From positions 434,001 through 498,000 of the forward strand of contig NW_024056010.1 in assembly GCF_902713615.1 (NCBI RefSeq): 64,000 nt of DNA. Direction: 5' to 3'. The notes under the pieces are model-generated. The model was not told the DNA's origin. It worked only from the letters and a program-made list of their open reading frames with translations, and did not search any database. Of the stretch, positions 35,985 to 50,514 are shown piece by piece. Origin of the DNA: Scyliorhinus canicula (taxonomy: Eukaryota). Made by a program: the position numbers and the translations under genes. The first letter of the stretch is position 1. Each line of letters begins with the position of its first letter.

Positions 35985-37208
35985 TCAATAAATCCCTTCC
36001 CACACTGAGAGCAGGTGAATGGCTTCTCCCCCAGTGTGAATTTGCTGGTGTGTCTGCAGATTGGATAAATCACTGAATGCGTTCCCACACTGACAGCAGG
36101 TGAACAGCTTCTCCCCAGTGTGAACTCGCAGATGGTTCTTTAGGTTGGATGAAGCTCGGAATCTCTGCCCACACTGAGAGCAGGTGAATGGCTTCTCCCC
36201 AGTGTGAACTCTCTGGTGTGTCTGCAGACTGGATGACTGAGTGAATCCCTTCCCACAGTTAGAGCAGATGAACGGGCGCTCACCAGTGTGAACTCGCTGA
36301 TGGATACGCAGGTTGGGTAAATCACGGAATCCTTTCCCACACTGAGAGCAGCTGAATGGCCTCTCCCCAGTGTGAACTCGCTGGTGTGTCTGCAGGATGG
36401 ATAACTGAGTAAAACCTTTCCCACACTGAGAGCAGATGAATGGCCTCTCCCCAGTGTGAATTCGCTGGTGTGTCTGCATGGTGGATAAATCACTGAATCC
36501 CTTCCCACACTGAGAGCAGGTGAACGGCCTCTCCCCAGTGTGAATTTGCTGATGTCTCTGCAGGGTGAATGAATCAATGAATCCCTTCCCACACTGAGAG
36601 CAGGTGAACGGCCTCTCCGTAGTGTGAACTCGCTGATGTCTCCTCAGGGTAGATGAATCAATGAATCCCTTCCCACATTGAGAGCAGGTGAATGGCTTCT
36701 CCCCAGTGTGAACTCGCCGGTGTTTCCGCAGGGTGGATGAATCAATAAATCCCTTCCCACACTGAGAACAGGTGAATGGTCTCTCCCTAGTGTGAACTCG
36801 CTGGTGTGACTGCAGGTTGGATAAAGTATGGAATCCCTTCCCACACTGAGAGCAGGTGAATGGCCTCTCCCCAGTGTGAAGTCGCTGATGTCTCCGCAGG
36901 TTGGATAAAGCACGGAATCTCTGCCCACACTGAGAGCAGGTGAATGGCCTCTCCCCAGTGTGAACTCGCTGGTGTGACTGCAGGCTGGATAAATCAATTA
37001 ATCCCTTTCCACACTGAGAGCAGGTGAATGGTTTCTCCCCAGTGTGAACTCGCTGGTGTGCCTGCAGGTGCGATAACCGAGTGAACCCCTGCCCACACTG
37101 AGAGCACGTGAACGGCCTCTCCCCAGTGTGACTGCGTCGATGAGTCTCCAGCTCAGATGGGAATCTGTATTCCTTCCCACAGTCCCCACATTTCCACGGT
37201 TTCTCCAT
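35985..37208 (-). CDS. C2H2 zinc-finger protein ZF-5 (14 intact fingers, then frameshift)
   Basis: ORF 35985..37244; agcATGG at 37208; +1 insertion in a C-run near 36030; further fingers at 35823-36030 and 33441-33565 are out of frame or split by the CR1. Confidence 0.8.
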   Translation of the reverse strand: MEKPWKCGDCGKEYRFPSELETHRRSHTGERPFTCSQCGQGFTRLSHLQAHQRVHTGEKPFTCSQCGKGLIDLSSLQSHQRVHTGERPFTCSQCGQRFRALSNLRRHQRLHTGERPFTCSQCGKGFHTLSNLQSHQRVHTRERPFTCSQCGKGFIDSSTLRKHRRVHTGEKPFTCSQCGKGFIDSSTLRRHQRVHTTERPFTCSQCGKGFIDSFTLQRHQQIHTGERPFTCSQCGKGFSDLSTMQTHQRIHTGERPFICSQCGKGFTQLSILQTHQRVHTGERPFSCSQCGKGFRDLPNLRIHQRVHTGERPFICSNCGKGFTQSSSLQTHQRVHTGEKPFTCSQCGQRFRASSNLKNHLRVHTGEKLFTCCQCGNAFSDLSNLQTHQQIHTGGEAIHLLSVWEGIY

Positions 37209-37684
37209 GCTTTGGGTCTCCTCGTGTCTCTCCAGATTGGACAATCAGCGGAAGCCTTGTCTACACACAGAACATGTGCAATTTCTCTCCTCACTGTGAA
37301 TGGTGTGACGTTTTCTCAGACTGTGTCACAGTTGAAGCTCTTTTCACAGTCAGTTCACTGGAACACTCTCACTCGGGTGTGTGTTGTGTGGGTCTCGGTG
37401 CTTTTCCCGTCACACTCACGTTTAAAACCTTTTGACGCCGACAGATCGGACAAACATTTCTCCTACTCGCCGATGATATTCAGAGCCCGATGATATTCAG
37501 ATCAAAAGGAATCGTTTGAGTTTGACGTGATGTTTGAGACGTCTGTCTGCAATTCCTCCTCTTCCAATATCCTTTAAAAACAATTTATAAAAGTTATCAT
37601 TGTTGGCACAGGATAGAAATTCGGGGAAGACAATTCTAGTTTCTATGGAACATTATTTCCTCTCTTGTGTTCGAGCTTCTGAGT

Positions 37685-38003
37685 TAGAACACACAGTGAA
37701 GAAGGAGGCCATTCGGCCCATCGAGTCTGCACCAACCCATTTAAGCCCTCACTTCCATCTTATCCCCACAACTCAAGAACGCCTCCTAACCTTTTTGGTC
37801 ATTCAGGGCAATTTATCATGGCCAATCCACTTCACCTGCACGTCTTTGGACTGTGGGAGGAAACCGGAGCACCCGCAGGAAACCCACACAGACACGGGGA
37901 GAACGTGCAGACTCCGCACAGACAGTGACCCAGCGGGGAATCGAACCTGGGACCCTCGCGCTGTGAATCCACAGTGCTACCCACTTGTGTTACCGTGCTG
38001 CCC
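37685..38003 (-). mobile_element. HE1-type SINE with CR1 tail
   Basis: gggcagcacggtaacacaagtgggtagcactgtgg head; ggcctccttcttcactgtgtgttc tail. Confidence 0.85.
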
Positions 38004-39539
38004 GTTGCTGTAGAATAAAGGAGGCAAGAGCTATGTTTCTCCACAAACACCTTTGTTTCTTTGATCCAACTTCACACACAAATCTCAATGAACAAATAGT
38101 GTCTCCTGTAACCCCTTTATGTCTCAGTGACTTCATTTGGATAATTGACATCAAATTAGTGTTTAATTGGAAAGTCCATTCCTAACATCTTGTTCTTCAA
38201 AGTCTGTAAATCTCCATCCCACACAATCTCCCTCCATTCTCACTTTGCTGTATCTACTGTTCACTCTCCCAATTCTCCTGAAGGTGCTGATTCCTTTAAA
38301 TTCACAAAAGTCATCAGTTAGTGCAGGATAGAAATTCACAGGAACGTCATTGCAATGTAAGCCTACCTGTGACAATCAAGATCATTATTATTAAAATTCA
38401 GGACAATTCTAATTCTTATGGAACATAATTTTCTCTCGTTCTCCAAAAGCTGTAAATCTCCACAACCCCCCCTCCATTCTAACTCTGCTGTATCTAATAT
38501 TCACTCTCCCAATTCTCCTGAAGGTGCTGATTCATGTTGATTGACAGATCCAAGCTCAACTCACTGCTTCCTAACCAGGACACAGAGATTAGAATAGGAG
38601 CAAGAGTAGGCCATTCGGCCCAGAGTCTGCTCAACCATTCAATGAGATCCTTGGCCGATCTACCTCAGCACAATTTTCCCACACGATCCCCATATCCCTC
38701 GATATCTTCAATATCTAGAAACCTGTCAATATTTGTCTTGAACATACCTGATGACTGAGGCTCCACATTCCTCTGGGGTAGAGAATTCAAAAGCTTCACC
38801 ACATCCTCGAGGGAAGAAATCCCCCTCATCTCAGCTTTCACTCTATTTTCCTACCTGTTCCCTATAACCCTTAACTCCATTGTCAATAAAACATCTGTCA
38901 AACCTGTGCTTCAATATATTCAATGTGCCCCCAGATACAACTGGTCCCTGTGGAAGAGAATTCCAAAGATTAACAACCCTCTGAGGGAAGAGATGACTGG
39001 AAATCTATAATGTAGCTATATTCTTATATTACAAGAAGAGAAATAATAATACGTTTACATTATTACAGAATGATAAATAATATATCTAATCTGTACCATA
39101 TAACAACACGAGACATATCTCTAGCCATTATCAATTTACTGTCCCCTGAAATGTCAGCCATCTCCTGGGGAACCCACCCCTTTAATTGTGAACATTAGGA
39201 AAGAGACAATCCTTTTTTTAAATAAATTTTGAGTGACCAATTATTTTTTTTCAATTAAGGTGCAATTTAGCGTGGCCAATCCACCTACACTGCACATCTT
39301 TGGATTGTGGATGTGAGGCATGCAGACACGGGGAGAATGTGCAAACTCCACACAGACAGTGACTCAGGGATGGGATCGAACACGGGTCCTTGGTGCCGTG
39401 AGGCAGCAGTGCTAACCACGGTGCGATCAAAGATCATTCTTTTAGTCAGACAAATAAATGTGTCAACCTGTTCAGGAGATGGGTAGGAGGGGTTGGAAAC
39501 ACTTTGTGGAGCCTCTAACCTACATGAAAATATTTGTTT

Positions 39540-40322
39540 TCCAATTAATGTGGTTCCAGTTTGGGCTAAAATCATCAATGATGACTCTGATCTGTGGGAA
39601 GGAAGGAAACCCTGGCAGGTGGGTGGGGAGGATTCACAAACACCTGCTGGAGGCCACAAACCCCGAATAAGACCTATTGATTTTATTGTCAGTCAGCAGA
39701 CAGGAGCTGGAGAACTGAACCCAGGCAGAGGAGAGGGAGGGAGAAAACTGTGAATGGAGTAAAGAAATGGTGCAGATGGTGAGATGAGTTTGGATTTCAG
39801 CCCAGGGAGGAGGGAGAGTGTGGGACAGGGAAAAATATTCCAGAGAAACTAGAATTCTTGGTTAAGAATTTCTATCCTGGATTGGCAGTGATGGCTTTTG
39901 CTTATTTTTAATTTTAAAATTTTTTTTTAGATTACCCAATTTTCTTTCTCCCAATTGAGGCGTAGTTTTAGCGAGGCCAATTCACTGACCCTGCGCATCT
40001 TTTTGGATTGTGGGAGTGAGTCCCACACAGACACAGCGATTATGTGCAAACTCCATACAGACAGTGACCCAGGGCCGGGATCGAACCCGGGTCCTTGGCT
40101 AACCACTGAGCCACCGTGCCTGCCCCACCGTGACTGCCCCCAGTGATGACTTTTATAAATTTGTTTTACAGGATGTTACAAGGGGATGATTTACAGGTGG
40201 AAACTCAAATCAAACTTTGCATCAAGATTTAACAGTCACTCCATTCATCAGGACCTGAATATCATTGGCCTGTCAATGTGGAAGAAGAAATGTTTGTCTG
40301 TTCTCTCTGTAGGAAAAGATTT
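39540..40322 (+). pseudogene. Orphan ZNF intron/acceptor/leader module, truncated by a SINE
   Basis: tggatttcagcccagggaggagggagagtgt...ttttacag|gatg...catcaggacctgaatatcattggcc...atgtttgtctgttctctctgtaggaaaaga; SINEs at 39905-40135(-) and 40325-40560(-). Confidence 0.75.
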
Positions 40323-40834
40323 TCTTTTGAAAAAAATAAATTTAGAGTGCCCAATTTTTTTTCCAATTCAGGGGCAATGTAGCCTGGGCAATTTAGCATG
40401 ACCAATCCAGCTACCCTGTACATCTTTGGGTTGTGGAGGCGAGACCCACACAGACACGGGAAGAATGTGCAACTCCACACAATGACCTGGGGCCGGCATC
40501 GATACCAGATCCTCAGCGCCATAGGCAACGCTGCTAAACACTATGTCACCGTGCTGCCCCTAGGGTTGTGCTCCTGACCTGGGTCTCTGCGTGACTGAAC
40601 AGAGCCGCACATGGGGTCAGATATCCATCGCGTTACTGGGATCCATGGGGCACAATTTGCTTGTTTCTTTACTTCTCTGTTGCTACTCTGATCAACAATT
40701 AGATATCTGCGTCTGTGCAAACCGGGGTAAAGGGAGGTCAAGTACCCAGGGCAAAAACTAATGCAGTTTGCTGGCCAGGCTGTCTCCATTCTGAGCAATG
40801 TGAAATAAGCTTCTCCCAGTCATTGAAAATGTTG

Positions 40835-41345
40835 CCCCCAACAAACATGGCGCCCGCACATGCGCTCTGCTGCTCATTGTCCCGAGTAAAGATGGCGGTC
40901 GTTACCCCGAACCGATCACTGAACCCTCGCTTCCTCGCTCCGTGAAACGAGAAAACAAGGAAGTGGTTTTTCCGGGTATGGGCTTGCACAATATGTTTAG
41001 AAAACTTTTCCACCCACCAGCCAGATCCATCGCTCCCGCGTTCCACAATATTCCTCTTACCCTTTGTGGATCCGAGATGAAAGTTTCTCTCCATCGCCAT
41101 TACCTGCACTGCGCATGCTTCAGTCGAAGTCCCACCCACCCTCACTCACTCCGATTGGTTGGAGGACCAGCTGCTCCCGCTAGGTCCTCCAGACTCTACC
41201 TATTGGTCCGGAGCTGCCGTCAATCACTCCCTGGGCATTGTGATGTGGAGCATGCGCAGTGCGGCTCATGTTCAGGGACAGACGCTTGTTTGTTTCATCT
41301 TCAGGCGGGAATGAGGCGGATAAGCGGAGGCAGCGTTAGGGGCAG
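40835..41345. promoter_or_regulatory. Bidirectional CpG-island promoter between ZF-5 (-) and ZF-6 (+)
   Basis: YY1 AAGATGGCGG 40889; NRF1-like tgcgcatgc ~41110 and gcatgcgca ~41250; two ATTGG boxes flanking the dyad at 41161-41190; inverted homologue of 14450-14900. Confidence 0.75.
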
Positions 41346-41924
41346 TGGGTGGGAGGGGAGGCTTCACAAACACCCAGTGGGGGCCTCAACACCCCCAATA
41401 ACAAACTAGCCGCACCGCCTCAACACCTAACACAACGGCAGCTGCCGCTTTCACCCGGTACAAGGCCCCAGTGGACAAATGTGGCTTCAGGAAGGAAATG
41501 CAGCAATGGATTTGTTCAGGAGAAATTATCTTTAACTCACTTTACTGATCCTGGAGCAGGAGGAGAGAATGGGGGCAATTTCTATCCTGCTCTCACACTG
41601 ATGGATTTGTTAATGCAGATAGTAGAATTTAAATTCAAGGGATAATCTGGAATTCAAAGCTGCACTCTATTAATGACCTTGAAACCATTGTGGTGAGTGT
41701 GTGGGAAGGGGAAAGTGTGGGGCTGGGATTTGCAGCTTTAGGAAACGAGAGAAACAATTATTCCCCAGAAACTAGAATTATCTGTTCTGAATTTCTGACC
41801 TGTGTAAACTGGTTTTACAGGGTTGCAAGAAGTGGATCGATAAAGAGGAAACTCAAATCAATCATCACATCAAGATCTGACTGTTACTCAATTGATCAGG
41901 ATCTGAATATCATTGCCTTTTGAA

Positions 41925-43259
<1,335 letters not shown>

Positions 43260-43529
43260 TTATAGGGATTGGATTCTGTTACTGCTGCTGTTAATCACAT
43301 CCAGAACTGAACCGTGTTCATTCTGACAGTTGTCAGAGTTTGTTTCAGTTGATGTTAATCATTCCTGTGACTCGGCCGGAGTTTAATATTCTGTAGATTA
43401 ATTAAATTAGCTCTATGTTGACGACAGTGTTCCAGTCCTTGATTTCTCTAAGATAAGAGGAGACTGATTGATGTCCTGTTACCGACTTTTCCATTGTTGG
43501 ATCTTTTCGGATTTGTTTTGGAAGATGTG

Positions 43530-45295
43530 GTAAAGCAAAGCGTAAGACAAGAGAGAAAGGTAAGAATATGGGAAATGATAAACAGACTGTGGCAGGAAGA
43601 GACAGAGAGAACACATTTAAAATTACATCAGATAAACGCTACAAAAAGAATAAAAGGACAAAACTAAAGGATCTGTATGTGAAATTTAGGAAGGCTAGAA
43701 ATCTAGGAAAAGGTGGAAGAGCGGCTCTGTTAATTATTGATGCTGTTGGCACATTAGACAGGGATGACCTAAGCTCAGGAAACCAGGATGTAGGAGTGGT
43801 TTGAATTGAGATAAAAAATGATAAAGGCAAGAATTTACTTCTGGGAGTGGTGTGCAGGCCTCCTAATTATAACGACACAGTAGGACAGAGTGTAAAGGAA
43901 GAGATAATGGGAGTTTGTCAGAAAAGGTACAGCGATAATCAAGGGGGATTTTAGTCAACTTATAGACTGGAAAAATCAGATGGTCGAAGGTAGCATAGGT
44001 GAGGATTTCACAGAATGTTCTTGCAATAGTTTCTACAATCAGCACATTTTGGAGCCAACCAGAGGTCAGGTTATACCAGATATGTGACATGTGGTGCAGT
44101 GGATAGCACTGGGACTGCGGCGCTAAGGACCCAGGTTCGAATCTCGGCCTTAGGTCACTGTCCATGTGGAGTTTGCACATTCTCCCCATGTCTGCGTGGG
44201 TTTCACCCCCACAACCCAAAAGATGTGCAGATTAGGTGGATTGGCCATGCTAAATTGCCCCTTAATTGGAAAAAAAAAATTGTGTTCTCTAAATTTAAAA
44301 AAAGATTATACCAGACTCGGTATTGTGGAACAAGGAATAATTGATAACCTCACGGTGAAGGCGTTCCCCAGGTAACAGTGATTATAAAATGATTGAATTT
44401 GACATGCAGTTTGAGGGGAAGAAGATTGAATCCAAGACGAGTAAGTTAAGATTAAATAAAAGCAATTACTTGGGCATCAATGCAGAGCTAGCTAAAATGA
44501 ACTTTCAAATTGTCAGGTCAATAGAGATTCAGTAGCAGACATTGAACGGGATATTTCAGTATACACAGAATAGATACATTCTCGTAAGAATGGAAAATGC
44601 CAAGGTGAGGACACAGCATCTGGCTTTAACTAAAAAAGTTAAAGACATAGCAATGTTTTTTAAAAAGCACGTAACAGCGCAAAGGCAGATTTCAGGTCAG
44701 AACATTAGGCAGAATATAAAGAATAAAATATAAACACAAAAATAATAATAAGACGGGAATAATTAGAGTGCCAGAGAAAGCTGGCTAGAAATATAAAGAC
44801 AGATAGAGTTTCAATAAATTACAATCACCAGGGAAGTGTTAATGAGCAATGTTTGAGTCTGCAGGCTGATAAAACCCTGGATTCGGGTCGACTTCACCAT
44901 AAGATCTTGAAAGAAGCAATGAATGAGAGAGTTGATGCACCCGTTTCAGTGTTCAAAATTTGCTCGATACAGGGAGGAATCCATTAAATTGGAAAATAAC
45001 AAAAGTAACTCCTTTATTCACAAAGGGAATAGCTGGACAAAGCAGATAGCTGGAAACGACAGGCCAGTCAGCAAAACATCTGTCATAGGGAACATGTTAG
45101 AAAAATTCAAGGTAATCAGGCAGATTATGGTTTTGTGAAAGGGAAATCATATTTACCCAATTTATCAGAGTTATTTGATGGAGTCACATGTACTGTGGCT
45201 AAAAGGGAACAGGTGAATGTACTGTCCTTAGATTTCCAGAAGGCATTTGATAGGTTGTCATATCAAAGGTTATTGTAGAAAATAAAAACTCAGGA
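43530..45295 (+). mobile_element. Degraded CR1 LINE (nested SINE 44085-44305, TSD ttataccaga)
   Basis: CR1 APE and RT remnants (GFVKGKSYLPNL, LDFQKAFD). Confidence 0.75.
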
Positions 45296-45299
45296 TCTA

Positions 45300-45935
45300 A
45301 CACCATAAGATATAGGAGCAGAATTAGGCCACTCGCCCCATAGAGTCTGCTCTACCATTCAATCATGGCTGATATTTTTTCATCCCCATTCTTCTGCCTT
45401 CTCCCCAGAACACCTGATCCCCTAATTAATCAAGAATCTATCTATCTCTGTCTTAAAGACACTCAGTGATTTGTCCTCCACAGCTTTCTGCGGCAAAGTG
45501 CCACAAATTCACCACCCTCTGGCTGAAGAAATTCCTAAATCTCTGTTTTCAAGAATGGTACCTTTAGTCTGAGATTGAGCCCTCTGGTTCTAGTTTTTCC
45601 TGCAAGTGGAAACATCCTCTCCACATCCACTCTATCCAGGACTCACAGTATCCTGTACGTTTCAGTAAAATCCCCCCCCCCCCCCCCCCCCCGCCCCCCC
45701 CAATCCTTCTGAACTCTCAACTAGTGCAGACCCAGAATCCTCATACGACAAGTTCTTCATTCCAGGGATCATTCTTGTGAACCTCCTATGGACCCTTTCC
45801 CAAGGCTGGCACATTGTTCCTTTGATACGGGGCCCAAAACTCCAAACGTTACCTGCCTTATACAGCCTCAGAAGTACAGCCCTGCTTTTGTATTCGAGCC
45901 CTCTCGACATGAGTGTTAACATTGCATTTGCCTTC
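45300..45935 (-). mobile_element. CR1 3' portion (HE1 SINE follows at 45940-46230, +)
   Basis: KANAMLTLMSRGLEYKSRAVLLRLYKA; tail ctaattctgctcctatatcttatgg. Confidence 0.8.
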
Positions 45936-46354
45936 CTTGGGCAGCACAGTAGCACAAGTGGATAGCACTGTGGCTTCACAGCGCCAGGGTCCCAGGATCG
46001 ATTCCCCGCTGGGTCACTAAGCGGAGTCTGCACGTTCTCCCTGTGTCTGTGTGAGTTTTCCCTGGGTGCTCAGGTTTCCTCCCACAGTCCAAAGACATGC
46101 AGGTGAGGTGGATTACCCTTGCCATGATAAATTGCCCTTAATGACCAAAAAGGATCGGTGAGGCTATTGGGTGATGGGGATAGGGTGGAGTGAGGGCTTA
46201 AGTGGGTCGGTGCAGGCTCAGTGGGCCAATCGGTAGGCTTCATTGAAGGGTTTATTTTAAGTCACAAGCTTTCGGAGCGCTGCTCCTTCAAAAGTTTCTG
46301 ATTTGAAATAAACCTGTTGTACTTTAAGCTGCAGTTGTGACTTAGAAAAGGGGC

Positions 46355-46556
46355 AAACGTGGATTTCCTCCGATACAATCTCCGCATTGTGACGTCATAA
46401 TGTAACCTTCCTGAATCAGCCAATAGGAATCACTCTGTTCCGCGGCGACGTCTGCGGCTTGCAGAGCGCAGGGCCGGGACTCGGAGATAGGAGCCCCGCC
46501 CCTCTGAGACAGTGGCCTCGCCACTCGGAGCCAGGAGCACCGCCCCCCGCAGACGG

Positions 46557-46587
<31 letters not shown>

Positions 46588-46720
46588 TGCGGGGCGGGGG
46601 GGGGGGCGGGGCGGGGGGGGCGGGGCGGGGGGGGGGGCGGGGCGGGGGGGGCGGGCGGGGGGCGGGGGGGGCAGGGATCAGAAAGGCGCGAGGATGCATG
46701 CGCCACCATTCAGGCTCAGA
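46355..46720. promoter_or_regulatory. CpG-island promoter upstream of ZF-7 with long G tract
   Basis: CRE palindrome TGACGTCA 46390-46397; CCAAT 46420; G-run/GGGGC repeats 46559-46671; gcatgcgc ~46696. Confidence 0.65.
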
Positions 46721-47794
46721 AATCAGGAAGAGAGAAATTTGCGAATTGATTCCTGGACATTTTTTAAATTCGTTGTTGGGATGTGGACGTCGCAGTCTGT
46801 GCCAGCATTTGTTGTCCGTCCCTAATTGCCCTTGAGGGAGCATTTAAAGGTCAACCATATTGCTGTGGGTCTGGAGTCACATATAGGCCAGACAAAAATG
46901 GCAGATTTCCTTCCTTAAATGACATTCGTGAACCAGATGTTTTTTTTTTATAACAATCATCAATGGTTTCATGGTCACCATTAACCTTTTAATTCCAGAT
47001 TTTTATTGAATTCAAATTTCACCATCTGCAGTGGCAAGATTTGAACCTGGGAACCCCAGAGCATTGTTCTGGGGGACAATACCATTACGCCACCACCGCC
47101 ATTAACTAACATGGATTCTGGAAACTCCTATACAGGTTGAGAAGGGGAAAAGATGTGCACACAGCAAACTGAAACCAAGAAGAATTTTGGTCTTTTCTGA
47201 ATGTCTATCTGGGACTGACAGAACTTCCTTTTTCAGGGTGTTTTGGAGAACTTAACTCAGGCAGAGGAGAGAGAGGGAGAAAACTTGGAGTTGAGGAAAG
47301 TAACGGAGAAGATGGTGAGATGGGTTTGGATTTCAGCCCAAGGAGGAGGGAGAGTGTGCGGGGCGGGGATTTACTGTTTTGGGGGAACAAGAGAGGGAAA
47401 AATATACCAGAGAAATTAAAATTGTCTGTTTAGAATTTCTATCCTGGACTGACAGTGATGACTTTTGTAACACCTTTTACAGGATATTAGAAGGTGAGGA
47501 GAATTTGCCATCGGAAATCTCAAACAAAACATCAGATCAACATTCAACAGAATAACTCTATTCTTCAGGACCTGAATATCATCAGCTTCTGAATGTGGAA
47601 AGAAGAAGGTTCTCATTTGGAAAAAGATTTAAAATATCAGTGTGACTGGAAGAACACCAAGAAACACTAACACCCAAATGTGTGTTCCTGAAAACTGACT
47701 GTAGCACTTACACAGCTTGAAAAAATATAACTTAATTGCTCTGGGAAGAAACTGTACACTTGTCTGTGTGGAGAGACACAAGGACACTGGCACC

Positions 47795-48616
47795 ATGGAG
47801 AAACTGTGGAAATGTGGGGAGGTATTCACATTCCCCTCCCAGCTGGTAACTCATCGACGCACTCACAGTGGGGACAGGCCGTTCACCTGCTCCTTGTGTG
47901 GGAAGGGATTCACTCGGTCGTCAAACTTAGCAATACACCAGCGGGTTCATACTGGGGAGAGGCCATTCACCTGCTCTGTATGTGGGAAGGGATTCGCTCG
48001 GTCAACACACTTAGCATTACACAAGCGGGTTCACACTGGGGAGAGGCCATTCACCTGCTCTGTGTGTGGGAAGGGATTCATTAACTCATCCAACCTAGTG
48101 TCACACCAGCGAATTCACACTGGGGAGAAACCATTCAGCTGCACTGACTGTGGAATGAGCTTTAGGCTTTCATCCACCCTGCAGAAACACCAGCGAGTTC
48201 ACACTGGGGAGAAACCATTCAGCTGCACTGACTGTGGAAAGAGCTTCAGGCATTCTAGCAGCTTCATCGTACACCAACGAATTCACAGAGGGGAGCAACC
48301 ATTCACCTGCTCTTTGTGTGGGAGGGGATTCACTCAGTCATCTAACCTAGCATTACACCAGCGGGTTCACAGTGGGGAGAGGCCGTTCACCTGCTCCGAG
48401 TGTGGGAAGGGATTCACTGATTCATGCCAGTTGCTGAGACATGAACAAGTTCACACTGGGGAAAGGCCATTCACCTGCTCCGAGTGTGGGAAGGGATTCA
48501 CTGATTCATCCCAACTGCTGAGACATGAACGGGTTCACACTGGGGAGAGGCCGTTCACCTGCCCCGAGTGTGGGAAGGGGTTCATTGATTCATCCCAATT
48601 GTTGAAACACCAGTGA
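47795..48616 (+). CDS. C2H2 zinc-finger protein ZF-7 (8 intact fingers; first and last degenerate)
   Basis: accATGG at 47795; first finger has an in-frame deletion; TGA (likely from CGA) truncates the last finger. Confidence 0.8.
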   Translation: MEKLWKCGEVFTFPSQLVTHRRTHSGDRPFTCSLCGKGFTRSSNLAIHQRVHTGERPFTCSVCGKGFARSTHLALHKRVHTGERPFTCSVCGKGFINSSNLVSHQRIHTGEKPFSCTDCGMSFRLSSTLQKHQRVHTGEKPFSCTDCGKSFRHSSSFIVHQRIHRGEQPFTCSLCGRGFTQSSNLALHQRVHSGERPFTCSECGKGFTDSCQLLRHEQVHTGERPFTCSECGKGFTDSSQLLRHERVHTGERPFTCPECGKGFIDSSQLLKHQ

Positions 48617-49452
48617 CGTCACAAGTGACTCAGGGATTGGATTCTGCTGTTATTGCAGCTGCTACTGACAACCAGGCCCGAATAACATTTGTTCTAACAG
48701 ATGGGGTTTGTTTCTGCTAATGTTAATCCACTGTTTAACTGAGCTGGAATTAATTATTCTGGATCTATAGCTGATTGTGTTCTCGGGGCTGCAGAATTCT
48801 GGAAACGCTGTCTGATCTTTCCCCATAATTCAGAAACTCTCATTGGAAATTAGTTCACAACAATGTTCTGGACTTTTCCTTCAATCACAAAATGACCTTT
48901 GGTACAATGATTTGTTCCACTGATTAACATTTCCGATTAGAAAGTGCTGATCAGCCCTTGCTGCCAATTCTCAGTGATTTGTACATTACACACAGTGAAG
49001 CCTCCGTTATCGCCCAGAAAGGGAATGGGAATTGGTGGAGAATTGAGAGTTCAGAATGTTATCCTTCCCATCTCCCATCTTGTCCAGAAATCCCCTCAGA
49101 CCGGGAATGGAGACAAGTTCAATCCAAGTAATAGATTGTAAGAAATCACAGTTTAATCGACTTATGTAAAATCATCAGAAATTTATGGCATATTCCAGAA
49201 ATAGCTCTCCCTCTGTATTCTGCAGAAAGCTTCTCTGTCAACTTGCTGACTGACAAACACAGGACAGACCTGTTATCTCAGCCAAGGACAATGTCTTGAG
49301 CATAGCCCCTGAAAGAAGACATTTTTAACACTTATACAATTGGACATTATGAGCCAGTCGTTACCCAACTGTGTGCAACAATTAACAATGGCTCTCAAGA
49401 ACAAGGAGATTTCAAAGTGATTGGCTTCATCCAAACATCGAAATCTGGCTCA

Positions 49453-50312
49453 CACCAGTGAACCGTTCAGAGGAGACGGCAGCCACCAGCCATAGACACC
49501 AACACGAGTGAACCGTTCAGAGGGCACTGCAGCCACCAGCCATTGACACCAACACCAGTGAACCGTTCAGAGGAGTCGGCAGCCACCAGCCATGGACACC
49601 GACACCAGGGAACCGTTCAGAGGACACAGCAGCCACCAGCTATGGACACCAACACCAGTGAACCGTTAAGAGGAGGCGGCAGCCACCAGCCATGGACACC
49701 AACACCAGTGAACCGTTCAGAGGCGGCAGCAGCCACCAGCCATGGACACCAACACCAGGGAACCGTTCAGAGGCGGCAGCAGCAGCCACCAGCCATGGAC
49801 ACCAACACCAGGGAACCGTTCAGAGGACACAGCATCCCCAAACAGGCGCCGGAATGTGGCGACTAGGGGCTTTTCACAGTAACTTCATTTGAAGCCTACT
49901 TGTGACAATAAGAAATTTTCATTTCATTTCACACTGCAGCCACCAGCCATGGACACCAACACCCAGTGAACCGTTCAGAGGACACTGCAGCCACCAGCCA
50001 TGGACACCGACACCAGTGAACCGTTCAGAGGACACTGCAGCCACCAGCCATGGACGCCAACACCAGTGAACCGTTCAGAGGACACTGCAGCCACCAGCCA
50101 TGGACGCCAACACCAGTGAACCGTTCAGAGGAGACGGCAGCCACCAGCCATGGACACCGACAGCAGTGAACCGTTCAGAGGGCACTGCAGCCACCAGCCA
50201 TGGACACCAACACCAATGAATCGTTCAGAGGACAATGCAGCCACCAGCCATGGACACCGACACCAGTGAACCGTTCAGAGGAGACGGCAGCCACCAGCCA
50301 TGGACACCAACA
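49453..50312 (+). repeat. 50-bp minisatellite, about 15 units, split by a SINE tail (49835-49930)
   Basis: Unit caccagtgaaccgttcagaggacactgcagccaccagccatggacaccaa recurs every 50 bp (e.g. 50011, 50061, 50111). Confidence 0.95.
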
Positions 50313-50514
50313 CTCACTCGGCACCATCCTTCTGTTTGTCCTCCAGGAGTCAGAAACCATCCTCACCTAAAAAAGTGTTCACTATTTCTGTCCATTTAAC
50401 TCAAGTTTGTTGCTTCCCAATCAACTGTTTTAAAATCGTTCCTGAGCTCAATCCTCTTTTCGGGTAATGATTCCTCACTCTGGATCTTTCAAGTGGTGTT
50501 AGGAGTGGAATCAC

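Noticed and set aside
46416-46843. Pro/Gly-rich ORFs
   Set aside because: Translation of the G tract and a SINE; low complexity.
48776-49454. Possible solo LTR (TGTG...CACA) before the minisatellite
   Set aside because: No TSD could be identified; evidence too weak to call.
49453-50312. CRISPR-like appearance of the 50-bp array (also 62636-62850)
   Set aside because: No unique spacers, no cas genes, eukaryotic context; these are head-to-tail minisatellites.
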